Shown here: piece after piece, positions 26,248 through 33,794 of the stretch
Numbering within the stretch: position 1 is the first letter of the stretch
Layout of the letters: each line of letters opens with the position of its first letter
Origin: a virus
Lineage: Duplodnaviria; Caudoviricetes
Virus record (IMG/VR): IMGVR_UViG_3300037797_000018
Coordinates: 1-35,578 of that record
Length of the DNA: 35,578 bases
Reading direction: 5' to 3' (one strand)
Position numbers and translations under genes: made by a program
Notes under the pieces: model-generated
What the model saw: only the letters and a program-made list of their open reading frames with translations
What the model was told of the DNA's origin: nothing
The model's database searches: none

Positions 26248-28161
26248 ATGCCCGTCGAAACGAACCTCATCCTGCTCGCGGGACAGCGCTACGCCCTCGT
26301 CGCGGACTCGCAGTTGCCGTCAGGCAAGCGTGCGTGGCAGCGCGAGAAGCGGCCCTCACAGCCTTCCGATCCCTCCGTGCAGCAGACGGCATCGTGGCGG
26401 CTCTCGGGACCGATCGGGCTCTCGCGTGAGGACGTGGCGGGTGGGCCGCTGGCGGTCGATTACACGAAGAACGCCGACACGCTGTACGAGAACCTGCTGC
26501 TGCCGGGACCGGCGCGCAACGAAATCACCCTCGCGTCTGCGACTCCCATCTCTGAGGTGCAGGCGTTCTACGACACCTTCCTTTACGACGACGGTGTGCC
26601 GTACGACTCAGGCACGTCTGCGTATGCGGCTGGGGGCGCGAAGTTCGTGGACGAGGACCGGGGCGCCCTGTTCTTCCACGACCAGGCATTCTCGACGCAG
26701 GTGGAGCCGGTGGGCATGACGGCCACCGAGACGATTGTGCATCTCGCGGCCGTTGAGGGCGCGGCGATGTGGCGCAACCGGGGCTACCTCGGGCTCGGCC
26801 AGTCCGCCCTCATGCAGCGCCGCGCCACCGTGAGCCTCACGCAAAGCACGTACGAGGACGTATCGACGTTCTACGCAGGCGCGCTCGTGGTCGGTCCTGA
26901 CCGGCTGTGGATGGTGGACCCCGAAGACCCCTCCGAGGTTGCGCTGCGGTACTCGCTCGACGCGCTCGTGACGCGCAGCAACCCCTTCCCCGTGGGCGAC
27001 CCCGGCATCCCCGCCACGGGCCTCGGGACGTACGGGCGGTCCGCCCTCGCGGGCTCGGAGATCGGCGCGTTCGGCTTCAACGAACTCGGCCAGCCCACCC
27101 GTGTCGTGGAGTCGTTGAAGGGCCACCGATCGAACCTGAACGGCGTGTGGGTGCAGACGTTGTGGGGCTGGTCGTACATCACGACGGACATCGGGTTGAA
27201 GGCGACGATCCCCGGACAGATCGAGAACCCCGCTGGACCCGGTGCCGATCGGAGGTACGAGGGACCGAACGGGCGCATCTCCGCGATCTGGCCGTACAAG
27301 GACGCGCTGTTCGCGGCAGCCCTTACAGCAGACGGTGACGCGTACGTGTACCGGGGCGAGTTCGACGACGGGCGCTACGGCGGGAGCACACAGCAGAACG
27401 GCCGGCCCGCGTGGTTCCCGTTCGCGTACCTCGAAGCGACCGAGGTCGGGGTGATCTTCTCGACGGCGCTGAGGCCGACGCCGACGTTGCTGGTGGGGGA
27501 GAACTCGCAGATCGCGTCGTACTGGACGCTTTCGGTGCTCGATCGCGACATCGACGACCCGGCCTACCGATTCCACACGGGCGCTTCCGAGTGGAACGGG
27601 ACGACGATGATGCGCAACCCCGGCACGCACAAGAATCTCCGGTACTTCGTGGCCTACGCGGAGGACTGCGACGCGACGAACTCGTACCAGGTACAGGTCA
27701 GCGTCGATGGCGGGGCGTACGTGAACATCGACGACCCGATCACCGCTGGAGGGCACTACTTCTTGCGGCCCTCTGTGGCCGGTGTGCCGCTGACGACGGT
27801 GAACGGGCATACGTACAAGCCGAGGATCGTGGGGGCGCACGACAACGCGGTGACTCCTGCGAAGCTGCGCGGGACGCTGGACATGGTGTACGACGAGCGG
27901 CCCGACACGATCATTCAGCACACGTTCATCGTGGAACTCGGAGCGACGCGCAACACGCCGAACGGGGCGATTACCGACTTCGACACGCTCTCTGATCTCT
28001 ACAGGGCTCACGGGGTAGGGGCAGCCTCCCCGCTCGCGTTCCAGCTCCCCGGTCAGACCGTGACGACGTACGGGTTCATCGTGGACTACGCCTCGATCAC
28101 GGACCTCGTGGGGGATGGGGTGCAGCGGGCGACGATCACGGTGCAGGAGTACGCCACGTGA
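26248..28161 (+). CDS. putative tail nozzle/stabilization protein (P22 gp10/T7 gp12 analogue)
   Basis: 637 aa, rich in aromatic residues and Gly, propeller-like beta composition; position in the tail cluster. Confidence 0.55.
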   Translation: MPVETNLILLAGQRYALVADSQLPSGKRAWQREKRPSQPSDPSVQQTASWRLSGPIGLSREDVAGGPLAVDYTKNADTLYENLLLPGPARNEITLASATPISEVQAFYDTFLYDDGVPYDSGTSAYAAGGAKFVDEDRGALFFHDQAFSTQVEPVGMTATETIVHLAAVEGAAMWRNRGYLGLGQSALMQRRATVSLTQSTYEDVSTFYAGALVVGPDRLWMVDPEDPSEVALRYSLDALVTRSNPFPVGDPGIPATGLGTYGRSALAGSEIGAFGFNELGQPTRVVESLKGHRSNLNGVWVQTLWGWSYITTDIGLKATIPGQIENPAGPGADRRYEGPNGRISAIWPYKDALFAAALTADGDAYVYRGEFDDGRYGGSTQQNGRPAWFPFAYLEATEVGVIFSTALRPTPTLLVGENSQIASYWTLSVLDRDIDDPAYRFHTGASEWNGTTMMRNPGTHKNLRYFVAYAEDCDATNSYQVQVSVDGGAYVNIDDPITAGGHYFLRPSVAGVPLTTVNGHTYKPRIVGAHDNAVTPAKLRGTLDMVYDERPDTIIQHTFIVELGATRNTPNGAITDFDTLSDLYRAHGVGAASPLAFQLPGQTVTTYGFIVDYASITDLVGDGVQRATITVQEYAT

Positions 28162-28415
28162 CGACGCAGCCGCTGCCTACGCGGAGCCTTGCGCAGATCG
28201 ATCAGTTGATCGCGATGCTCCAGTCAACACCGACCGGGCTGGCGCTGCTGAGCGGTTCGGTGGTCGTCCCGATCACGGAAGACGCGCGGACCGACGTGGT
28301 AGGCGTGCCGCAGGGCGCGCTCAACGTGTACCGGGACGGCTCGAGTCGCTACCTCCAGATCTTCGATCACGAGGGCACAGGGGCGCCGGGATGGTTTGAG
28401 GTGGAACTGACTTAA
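28158..28415 (+). CDS. hypothetical tail-associated protein
   Basis: GTGA coupling, AGGAG RBS; short beta-rich C-terminus ending GWFEVELT. Confidence 0.65.
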   Translation: MTTQPLPTRSLAQIDQLIAMLQSTPTGLALLSGSVVVPITEDARTDVVGVPQGALNVYRDGSSRYLQIFDHEGTGAPGWFEVELT

Positions 28416-28590
28416 CAAGGGGTGCGCCGCGCGGGGCTAGCAGCCAACCAGACCCCGCGCAACGACTTCACCACACGGAAAGGACCCGTGCAGTGCGCGC
28501 AGAGATTACAAGCAGCGACTGAGATCGAACACGGGGGAGTGACCGATGCTGATTGCGTTGGGGCCGGCGCAAAAGGGAAAGGAGGACGGT

Positions 28591-28863
28591 TTGACTGAAG
28601 AATCTGTCGCCGTGCTCCTCGAACGGATCAGCAACGTGCTGTCCCACGTGCAGCGCATCGAGCGCCAGTTGGAGCGCGCGGAGTCAGAGCGGATCGCGTG
28701 GCAGCAGAAGCACGAGGGAAACCAGGAGGCAGACGAGAAGGCGATGGACGCGCGGATGTCGTCACAGGAGCGTTGGCGCGCGCAGTGGCTGGCGGTGCTG
28801 GCGCTCGCGTCGATCGCGTTCGGCAGCGGGGCGGCGTGGGTGTCGCTGGTGTTCGGCAGATGA
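28591..28863 (+). CDS. coiled-coil protein with C-terminal transmembrane helix (lysis-associated type)
   Basis: TTG start after AAGGAGG; coiled coil then WLAVLALASIAFGSGAAWVSLVF. Confidence 0.65.
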   Translation: MTEESVAVLLERISNVLSHVQRIERQLERAESERIAWQQKHEGNQEADEKAMDARMSSQERWRAQWLAVLALASIAFGSGAAWVSLVFGR

Positions 28864-29027
28864 TCGACACGGACACCGCGCTGCTGGGCTTCATCGCCGT
28901 GGGCCTGCTGGTGATCGGCGTCGCGTTCGCCGCGCTGTTCGCGATCGTCAAGGAGATGGCGTGCCGCCGCTTCGACCGGCTGGAGAAACGGATCGAGGCG
29001 CTAGAGGGTCCACAGGAGGACGCATGA
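28860..29027 (+). CDS. small membrane protein
   Basis: One transmembrane helix then FDRLEKRIEALE coiled coil. Confidence 0.65.
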   Translation: MIDTDTALLGFIAVGLLVIGVAFAALFAIVKEMACRRFDRLEKRIEALEGPQEDA

Positions 29028-29233
29028 TGCCGCCGCTCGTGGCTGCTGCGGTTGCGGGGTTCTTCGCGGGGGCTGGGTTCAGGGGATACCGCATCGCGCA
29101 CGAGCGTCACGATCTTGATGCCGGGTGGCGCGGGGGCTGGGCTGCGGTGCGCTGGATCAACGTCGTGTGCGCGGTGCTGGCGATCTACTTTCTCGACGCA
29201 GCGGTGCTGAGGCCGGCAAGGGAGGACGCATGA
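29024..29233 (+). CDS. small two-helix membrane protein
   Basis: Two hydrophobic segments; GGAGG RBS with ATGA coupling. Confidence 0.65.
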   Translation: MMPPLVAAAVAGFFAGAGFRGYRIAHERHDLDAGWRGGWAAVRWINVVCAVLAIYFLDAAVLRPAREDA

Positions 29234-29625
29234 ACTGGCAAATGACGCTCGTCGCAATCGCAGCGATCATCGGGTTCGTGACGATAGTCGCTATCGGCCC
29301 CGAGGATCTCAGCGAGTACGGTGATTTTCTGACCGCGGCGCTGGTGGCGGTCGTCGGCGCGATCACGATGATGCAGAACCGCTCGTCTCGGGCCGAGATC
29401 AAGAACGTACACGATGCGGTGAACTCGGGCGCCGAGCGCGAGCTAAAGGCGAAGGGCGAGCAGTCCCGCGCGGAGGGCGTGCTGGCTACGCGTGAGGACT
29501 TCCAGCCCATCATCGACGAGGCGATCGCGAAGGCCGTCGTCGCAGCACTGGCTTCACAGGCTCAGGCGAGCGCGCACGCCATCGGGCACAGCACCGATGA
29601 ACCGCCCGCCCCGCGTGCTCCTTGA
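29230..29625 (+). CDS. putative holin-like membrane protein
   Basis: Two N-terminal transmembrane helices followed by IKNVHDAVNSG and a soluble tail. Confidence 0.55.
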   Translation: MNWQMTLVAIAAIIGFVTIVAIGPEDLSEYGDFLTAALVAVVGAITMMQNRSSRAEIKNVHDAVNSGAERELKAKGEQSRAEGVLATREDFQPIIDEAIAKAVVAALASQAQASAHAIGHSTDEPPAPRAP

Positions 29626-29626
29626 C

Positions 29627-29641
29627 GTTTCGCATAGCAAC
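29627..29641. promoter_or_regulatory. palindromic operator-like site
   Basis: GTTTC-gcata-GCAAC; 29627-29642 is a 15/16 inverted match to 7638-7653. Confidence 0.55.
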
Positions 29642-29688
29642 GGCGCACCGTGTGACGCAAGTAGGGGGCCACGGTGAAGGAGGGCGCG

Positions 29689-29829
29689 ATGGCTATTCGA
29701 GATGGGATGGGGCCGGTGACATCAACGGACTTTCCGATGGAGCACCAGCGCGCAGATGACCGATGCCCCTGCCACGCATGCGTGACGTTCCGGTTCACGT
29801 TGTGGGCATCGAAGCAGCCGCAGCGGTGA
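29689..29829 (+). CDS. small Cys-containing protein (not in ORF track)
   Basis: MAIRDG...RCPCHACV...; AAGGAGG RBS. Confidence 0.6.
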   Translation: MAIRDGMGPVTSTDFPMEHQRADDRCPCHACVTFRFTLWASKQPQR

Positions 29830-30011
29830 CGCCACTCACCGCAACCACCGACCTCTGTCTCGATTGCGGCCACACGCACGAATGCTGGTGCAGCGGCGAG
29901 CGCGATGCCGACGTCGAGGCGACCCTGTGCTGCGACTGCGACAAAGAGGGCCGCACCGACCACATGATCCACGTCAAGCGCGTGCATGTGAGCGCGGGCG
30001 GGACCGAGTGA
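29826..30011 (+). CDS. small Cys/His protein
   Basis: TDLCLDCGHTHECWC...CCDC; GTGA coupling. Confidence 0.6.
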   Translation: MTPLTATTDLCLDCGHTHECWCSGERDADVEATLCCDCDKEGRTDHMIHVKRVHVSAGGTE

Positions 30012-30214
30012 CGCTCAGCTACCACGCTGCCGTCCTAGAAGCCGAGCGCATCATTCGCCGTCGCCGCCCTCCCCGGTGGAGGGAGGCCGCGGTACAGGCG
30101 GCGATCCTCACCTGGTACGTCGGGCTGATCGTGGGCGCGATCCTCATGGTCGGCCATCACACCGTCAACGAAGCCAGAGCCCTCTACGGGCGTCCACCTT
30201 GGCGCAGGTACTGA
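30008..30214 (+). CDS. small membrane protein
   Basis: Basic patch followed by a hydrophobic helix (AAILTWYVGLIVGAILMVG). Confidence 0.55.
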   Translation: MTLSYHAAVLEAERIIRRRRPPRWREAAVQAAILTWYVGLIVGAILMVGHHTVNEARALYGRPPWRRY

Positions 30215-30327
30215 CGTGCCCCGCGTGCGATCGGACAACCGTGGGGAGCTGCTGGTGTGCGCTGTACGGGACGTGGGTAGCGCATTTCCGCTGCACCTTC
30301 TGCCGCGCTGAGTGGAGGGGGCCATGA
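30199..30327 (+). CDS. small zinc-ribbon protein
   Basis: TCPACD...FRCTFCRAEW; start uncertain (TTG). Confidence 0.5.
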   Translation: MAQVLTCPACDRTTVGSCWCALYGTWVAHFRCTFCRAEWRGP

Positions 30328-30665
30328 TCACGCTCACGCTCACTGCCGCTGAATGCGAATACCTCACTCTGGAACTGCCCGTGGACGTGCTCTTCGACGA
30401 GGCCGGCGGTCCTGACTTCCGCGTGCAATTCCTCACCGTTCGCGACGTGGAAGGACCGCACGAGTTCGCGTTCGACGAGAACGAGCTGTGGCTGCTCGAT
30501 CACATCCTGAGACCGCTCGCCCGCACCGCGAAACTGCCTGACGGCCTCCCGCTCAGGGACGGCCCGGAAAGTCTGCTGGAGCGCATCTGGAGCGCTCTGG
30601 TGGACGTCCATTCACCCAGCGCACTCGCCATGCTCCGACATCAGGGCGTGGTGGTACGGGAATAG
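30324..30665 (+). CDS. hypothetical protein
   Basis: GGAGG RBS and ATGA coupling. Confidence 0.7.
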   Translation: MITLTLTAAECEYLTLELPVDVLFDEAGGPDFRVQFLTVRDVEGPHEFAFDENELWLLDHILRPLARTAKLPDGLPLRDGPESLLERIWSALVDVHSPSALAMLRHQGVVVRE

Positions 30666-30674
30666 GAGGGCATT

Positions 30675-30815
30675 GTGCCCCAGACCACGCGGACGACCAC
30701 CACGACGCCTGTGCAGCCGCAGACGCGGCCCTACCAGTCGCCCGATGAGACCCGCGAGCCCGAGAAATGGTGCGACCAGCAGACGCGCGAGGCCGGGGTC
30801 GAGGCGGCACCGTAG
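30675..30815 (+). CDS. small Thr/Pro-rich protein (not in ORF track)
   Basis: MPQTTRTTTTTPVQPQ...; AGGAGG RBS; fills the gap exactly. Confidence 0.55.
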   Translation: MPQTTRTTTTTPVQPQTRPYQSPDETREPEKWCDQQTREAGVEAAP

Positions 30816-31472
30816 ATGATCGGCACGTGCCGCGACTGCGGTGACCCGCGCCCGCTCGGGTACGACGGCCAGCACGACATCACACGGCCGACGTTCGACC
30901 ACCGCTACGATCCACTCCCGGCGAACCAGTGGGCCAGCCCCGAGGGATTCACGTCCCGTCCGCCACGCGTGCAGTACCGCGTGCGCGACAAGGACTCGGG
31001 CGAGGTCGTGGTGCGCATGACGGCGCTCATGGCCGACGGTGCCGTGCGCAAGGGCGCGTACTACCACTCACTCGATCACCACGACCTGCATCTCGCGAAG
31101 TCGGCAGCCCGGCTGCTCCAGCAGGCGTGCGGGTACTTCTACGCCGACGACGAGAAATACGAGCCGCTGGAAGGCGTGGCGGACATCGTGATCCCCGACC
31201 ACGAGGTGCGTGAGCGGATCGAGCGCATGGACCTCGGGGAGAACAGCAGGGAAGCGGAGCGCGTGGGACGCAAGCGCTACGTGCTCACGGAGCTCCCGTG
31301 GGATCAGCAACGGGCGCTGGTAGAGCAGATCACGGCGCTCTACCGCGAGTGGCAATTCGAGTGGATCGGCGAAGCCACGCCCAAGGAGGAAGCCGAGTAC
31401 CAGAAGCCGACACCAGTCGGGACCGACATGACAGACGACGACCTACGGCTCGCAATGGGCGCGTACGGATGA
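30816..31472 (+). CDS. hypothetical protein
   Basis: 218-aa ORF with N-terminal CRDCG; coupled to the endolysin. Confidence 0.75.
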   Translation: MIGTCRDCGDPRPLGYDGQHDITRPTFDHRYDPLPANQWASPEGFTSRPPRVQYRVRDKDSGEVVVRMTALMADGAVRKGAYYHSLDHHDLHLAKSAARLLQQACGYFYADDEKYEPLEGVADIVIPDHEVRERIERMDLGENSREAERVGRKRYVLTELPWDQQRALVEQITALYREWQFEWIGEATPKEEAEYQKPTPVGTDMTDDDLRLAMGAYG

Positions 31473-32098
31473 TCGATCTGACCGCTCGCTACCGGCAGTC
31501 TCCGCTCACGCACGCGGGGAAACGCTGGGCCGTGCATCACTCGGCCCCGCCTGCGCCGGTCTCGGTCGTGGGGCTGACGCAGCAGCAGGAGATCGCCGTT
31601 CTCGATTCGCTCGATCGCTACCACCGCGACGTTCAGAAGTACACGGTGGGCATCGGTTACCACGTGTGCGTCTTCCCCTCGGGGCGCTCGTACCGCGTCG
31701 GACGGCAGGGCACGCAGCGTGCGCACATCCTCAACCGCAACCACGAGTACGACGGGCTGTGCTTCATGGGGAGCTTCACGACGACCCGGCCGAGCGACCT
31801 CGCGCTGGACGAGGGGCTGCGGGTGATCCGGGCCTCGGGGATGAGCGTGGGCGGGAGGCACCGCGACCTGGCAACGCCGGGGTACACGGAGTGCCCGGGG
31901 AGCTGGCCGCTCGCGTTGCTCACCGGCCGCATGTTGCCCGAGGACTTGAGTCCGCCGCTGACGGGGACTCAGAAGACGGTGCTGTCGATGCTCAACTTCC
32001 CGGTAAGCCTGGGCGGGCTCGGCGGCACGGTGACGGCTACGTCCCTGCCTCGTGAGGGCGGGGACGACATCTACAAGATCAGGGTGAGGAGGACGTGA
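31469..32098 (+). CDS. endolysin, N-acetylmuramoyl-L-alanine amidase (Amidase_2/PGRP-like)
   Basis: AVHHS, GIGYH, RAHILNRN, GRHRDL, TECPG zinc-amidase motifs. Confidence 0.9.
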   Translation: MIDLTARYRQSPLTHAGKRWAVHHSAPPAPVSVVGLTQQQEIAVLDSLDRYHRDVQKYTVGIGYHVCVFPSGRSYRVGRQGTQRAHILNRNHEYDGLCFMGSFTTTRPSDLALDEGLRVIRASGMSVGGRHRDLATPGYTECPGSWPLALLTGRMLPEDLSPPLTGTQKTVLSMLNFPVSLGGLGGTVTATSLPREGGDDIYKIRVRRT

Positions 32099-32280
32099 TG
32101 GACCTGATCCAGTTGCTGGTGCTGGTCGCGATCATCGGGCTGTTGGTGTACGGGATCACGACCTACATCCCGATGCCGCCCGCGTTCAAGAACATCATCA
32201 TCGTGTTCGCGATCGTGGTGGTCGTCTGGTACCTGCTCGTGACCTTCAACCTGCTGCCTGAGAACGTGCTACCAGCCTGA
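32095..32280 (+). CDS. small two-transmembrane protein (Thivi_2564-like; candidate holin)
   Basis: LIQLLVLVAIIGLLVYGITTYIPMPPAFKNII..VVVVWYLL; directly after the endolysin. Confidence 0.7.
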   Translation: MMDLIQLLVLVAIIGLLVYGITTYIPMPPAFKNIIIVFAIVVVVWYLLVTFNLLPENVLPA

Positions 32281-32372
32281 TGCGGGTGGTGCTCGGCGTG
32301 ATCGTCGCGGCGCTTGCGATCCTCGCGTACTTCTCGCTGCGCGCGTTTGGTGATCACGATGAGGCGCCCTGA
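32280..32372 (+). CDS. 30-aa single-helix membrane peptide (not in ORF track)
   Basis: MRVVLGVIVAALAILAYFSLRAFGDHDEAP; TGATG coupling at both ends. Confidence 0.5.
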   Translation: MRVVLGVIVAALAILAYFSLRAFGDHDEAP

Positions 32373-32512
32373 TGTGGCAGTGCTCGACGTGTGGCGCGCG
32401 GCATTGGTACTCGCGAGAGCGCCCGCACGTGAACCCGCGTGACGAGTTCTGGATCGGGCAGCGCGAACTGTGCTGCATGGACTCGTTCGCGAAGGCGTGC
32501 CGCCGCCCGTAG
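32372..32512 (+). CDS. small Cys-containing protein (not in ORF track)
   Basis: MWQCSTCGARHW...LCC...ACRRP. Confidence 0.5.
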   Translation: MWQCSTCGARHWYSRERPHVNPRDEFWIGQRELCCMDSFAKACRRP

Positions 32513-32559
32513 GTTGCGCACCGATACGCGCTCCTGCTGATCGCGGGGATCGTGTGGGT

Positions 32560-32589
32560 GTAGACGTTGCGCGGAGCAACCTCTACGAT
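32560..32589 (+). promoter_or_regulatory. promoter of the replication/accessory module with an operator in the spacer
   Basis: TAGACG (32561-32566), 17 nt, TACGAT (32584-32589); dyad GTAGACGTTGC-gcgga-GCAACCTCTAC (10/11) with a perfect GTTGC-N5-GCAAC core. Confidence 0.65.
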
Positions 32590-32704
32590 GCGGGGGCCTT
32601 CCGCGGCGACCCGGGCGGTGGGGCTGGTTAGCTACCAGCCCGCCCCCAACCCCTCCCGGTCACGCTCGACAAGGCACCTCTCCCCGCGGAAGGAGTTGCC
32701 AGCC

Positions 32705-32971
32705 TTGCCCGACACCTACTCCGAATGCTCAAGCACTTTCGACGGGCGGCATCACTTCGCGCCGCGACGGTGGGGTTCACGCGAACTCAACACCCTGCGT
32801 ACCGTTCTCGCCTGTGTATGCGGTACCGAATGTCCGTCTGAAAAACGCGCCGAAGTTGAAGCTGCTCTCAACGAAACCGCGATCGAGATCGAGCGTCAGC
32901 GCTTCCCGCTAAAGCGGCCTCTCGGCCCCGGGTACGGCAAGAAGCCGCGCTACTTGAAGCGGTTGCTCTAG
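32705..32971 (+). CDS. hypothetical protein
   Basis: TTG start after AAGGAG; C...HH...CVCG motif and a basic C-terminus. Confidence 0.6.
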   Translation: MPDTYSECSSTFDGRHHFAPRRWGSRELNTLRTVLACVCGTECPSEKRAEVEAALNETAIEIERQRFPLKRPLGPGYGKKPRYLKRLL

Positions 32972-33102
32972 TGCAGGGCCAGAAGCCCGGTACGTGCGAG
33001 GTTTGTGAAGCCGACGCATTCGTGCGCACGGTGTACCTACGCGGGACCGGAGCGCCGCTCAAGGTTGACGTGTGCTCGCTCTGTGCCTGGAGGCCGTGGT
33101 GA
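32971..33102 (+). CDS. small zinc-finger protein (not in ORF track)
   Basis: GTCEVCE...DVCSLCAW; overlaps both neighbours. Confidence 0.55.
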   Translation: MQGQKPGTCEVCEADAFVRTVYLRGTGAPLKVDVCSLCAWRPW

Positions 33103-33794
33103 GCATCACGCCCTACTACGACCGCGGCGGGGTAACGCTCTACCACGCGCCCGCACGAGATGTCCTGCCATTCGTCGAGGCGGACGTACTGATCACCGAT
33201 CCGGATTATGGCGTCGGCATGAACTACACCGAGGACGAGGACGCGAAAGGGTTGACAGCAGACGAGGCCGACGCACTGCTCGTCGAGACGCTGCAACTCG
33301 CACGTATCCGTAGCGGTCATGGGCTGATCTTTTGGAGTGGATCGTGGGGGCGCATCCAGAAGCTTGACGATCTCGTGACGCTCGGTGGGTGGGAGATTAA
33401 GCACTTCGGCATTTGGTACAAGCCGAACGGTGCTGGCGCGTCGGGGAACGGCATGGCTCGGCGCTTCGAGACGTGGTTCTGGATCCAGCGTCCTGATGCT
33501 CCGTCGAAGAAGGGCGAGTGGTCGCGCCTTCCGGACTGTATTGAAGTGTCGCGGATCCACCGCAAGATGACCGAAGGTGTCGGTCACCCCTCGCAGAAGC
33601 CTATCGAACTGATGCGCCGCTTAGTGCGGTTCTTCTCGATGCCCGGTGATGTCGTACTGGAGCCGTTCGCGGGGTCCGGAACGACGCTGCGGGCTGCGCA
33701 GGAACTCGGGCGCATCGTCATCGCGTCGGAGATCAACGAGGACTACTGCAAGGTAGCGGTCGATCGGTTGCGGCAAGAGGTTCTGTCGCTGTGA
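33099..33794 (+). CDS. DNA N6-adenine/N4-cytosine methyltransferase (beta class)
   Basis: N-terminal LITDPDYG (DPPY-like), HPSQKPIELM, C-terminal VLEPFAGSGTT. Confidence 0.9.
   Translation: MSITPYYDRGGVTLYHAPARDVLPFVEADVLITDPDYGVGMNYTEDEDAKGLTADEADALLVETLQLARIRSGHGLIFWSGSWGRIQKLDDLVTLGGWEIKHFGIWYKPNGAGASGNGMARRFETWFWIQRPDAPSKKGEWSRLPDCIEVSRIHRKMTEGVGHPSQKPIELMRRLVRFFSMPGDVVLEPFAGSGTTLRAAQELGRIVIASEINEDYCKVAVDRLRQEVLSL

Noticed and set aside
10699-28011. Long minus-strand ORFs (e.g. 10699-11817, 14176-15369, 20198-21544, 26608-28011) and alternative-frame + ORFs
   Set aside because: They are Arg/Pro-rich shadow frames of well-supported + strand genes, as expected in high-GC DNA, and have no motifs or RBS support
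7638-29642. The 16-bp inverted pair as recombination sites inverting the morphogenesis block
   Set aside because: No invertase or recombinase is encoded, and both copies are better explained as members of the palindromic operator family
29622-29667. TTGACG as the -35 element of a + strand promoter
   Set aside because: No TAnnnT hexamer at 16-19 nt spacing
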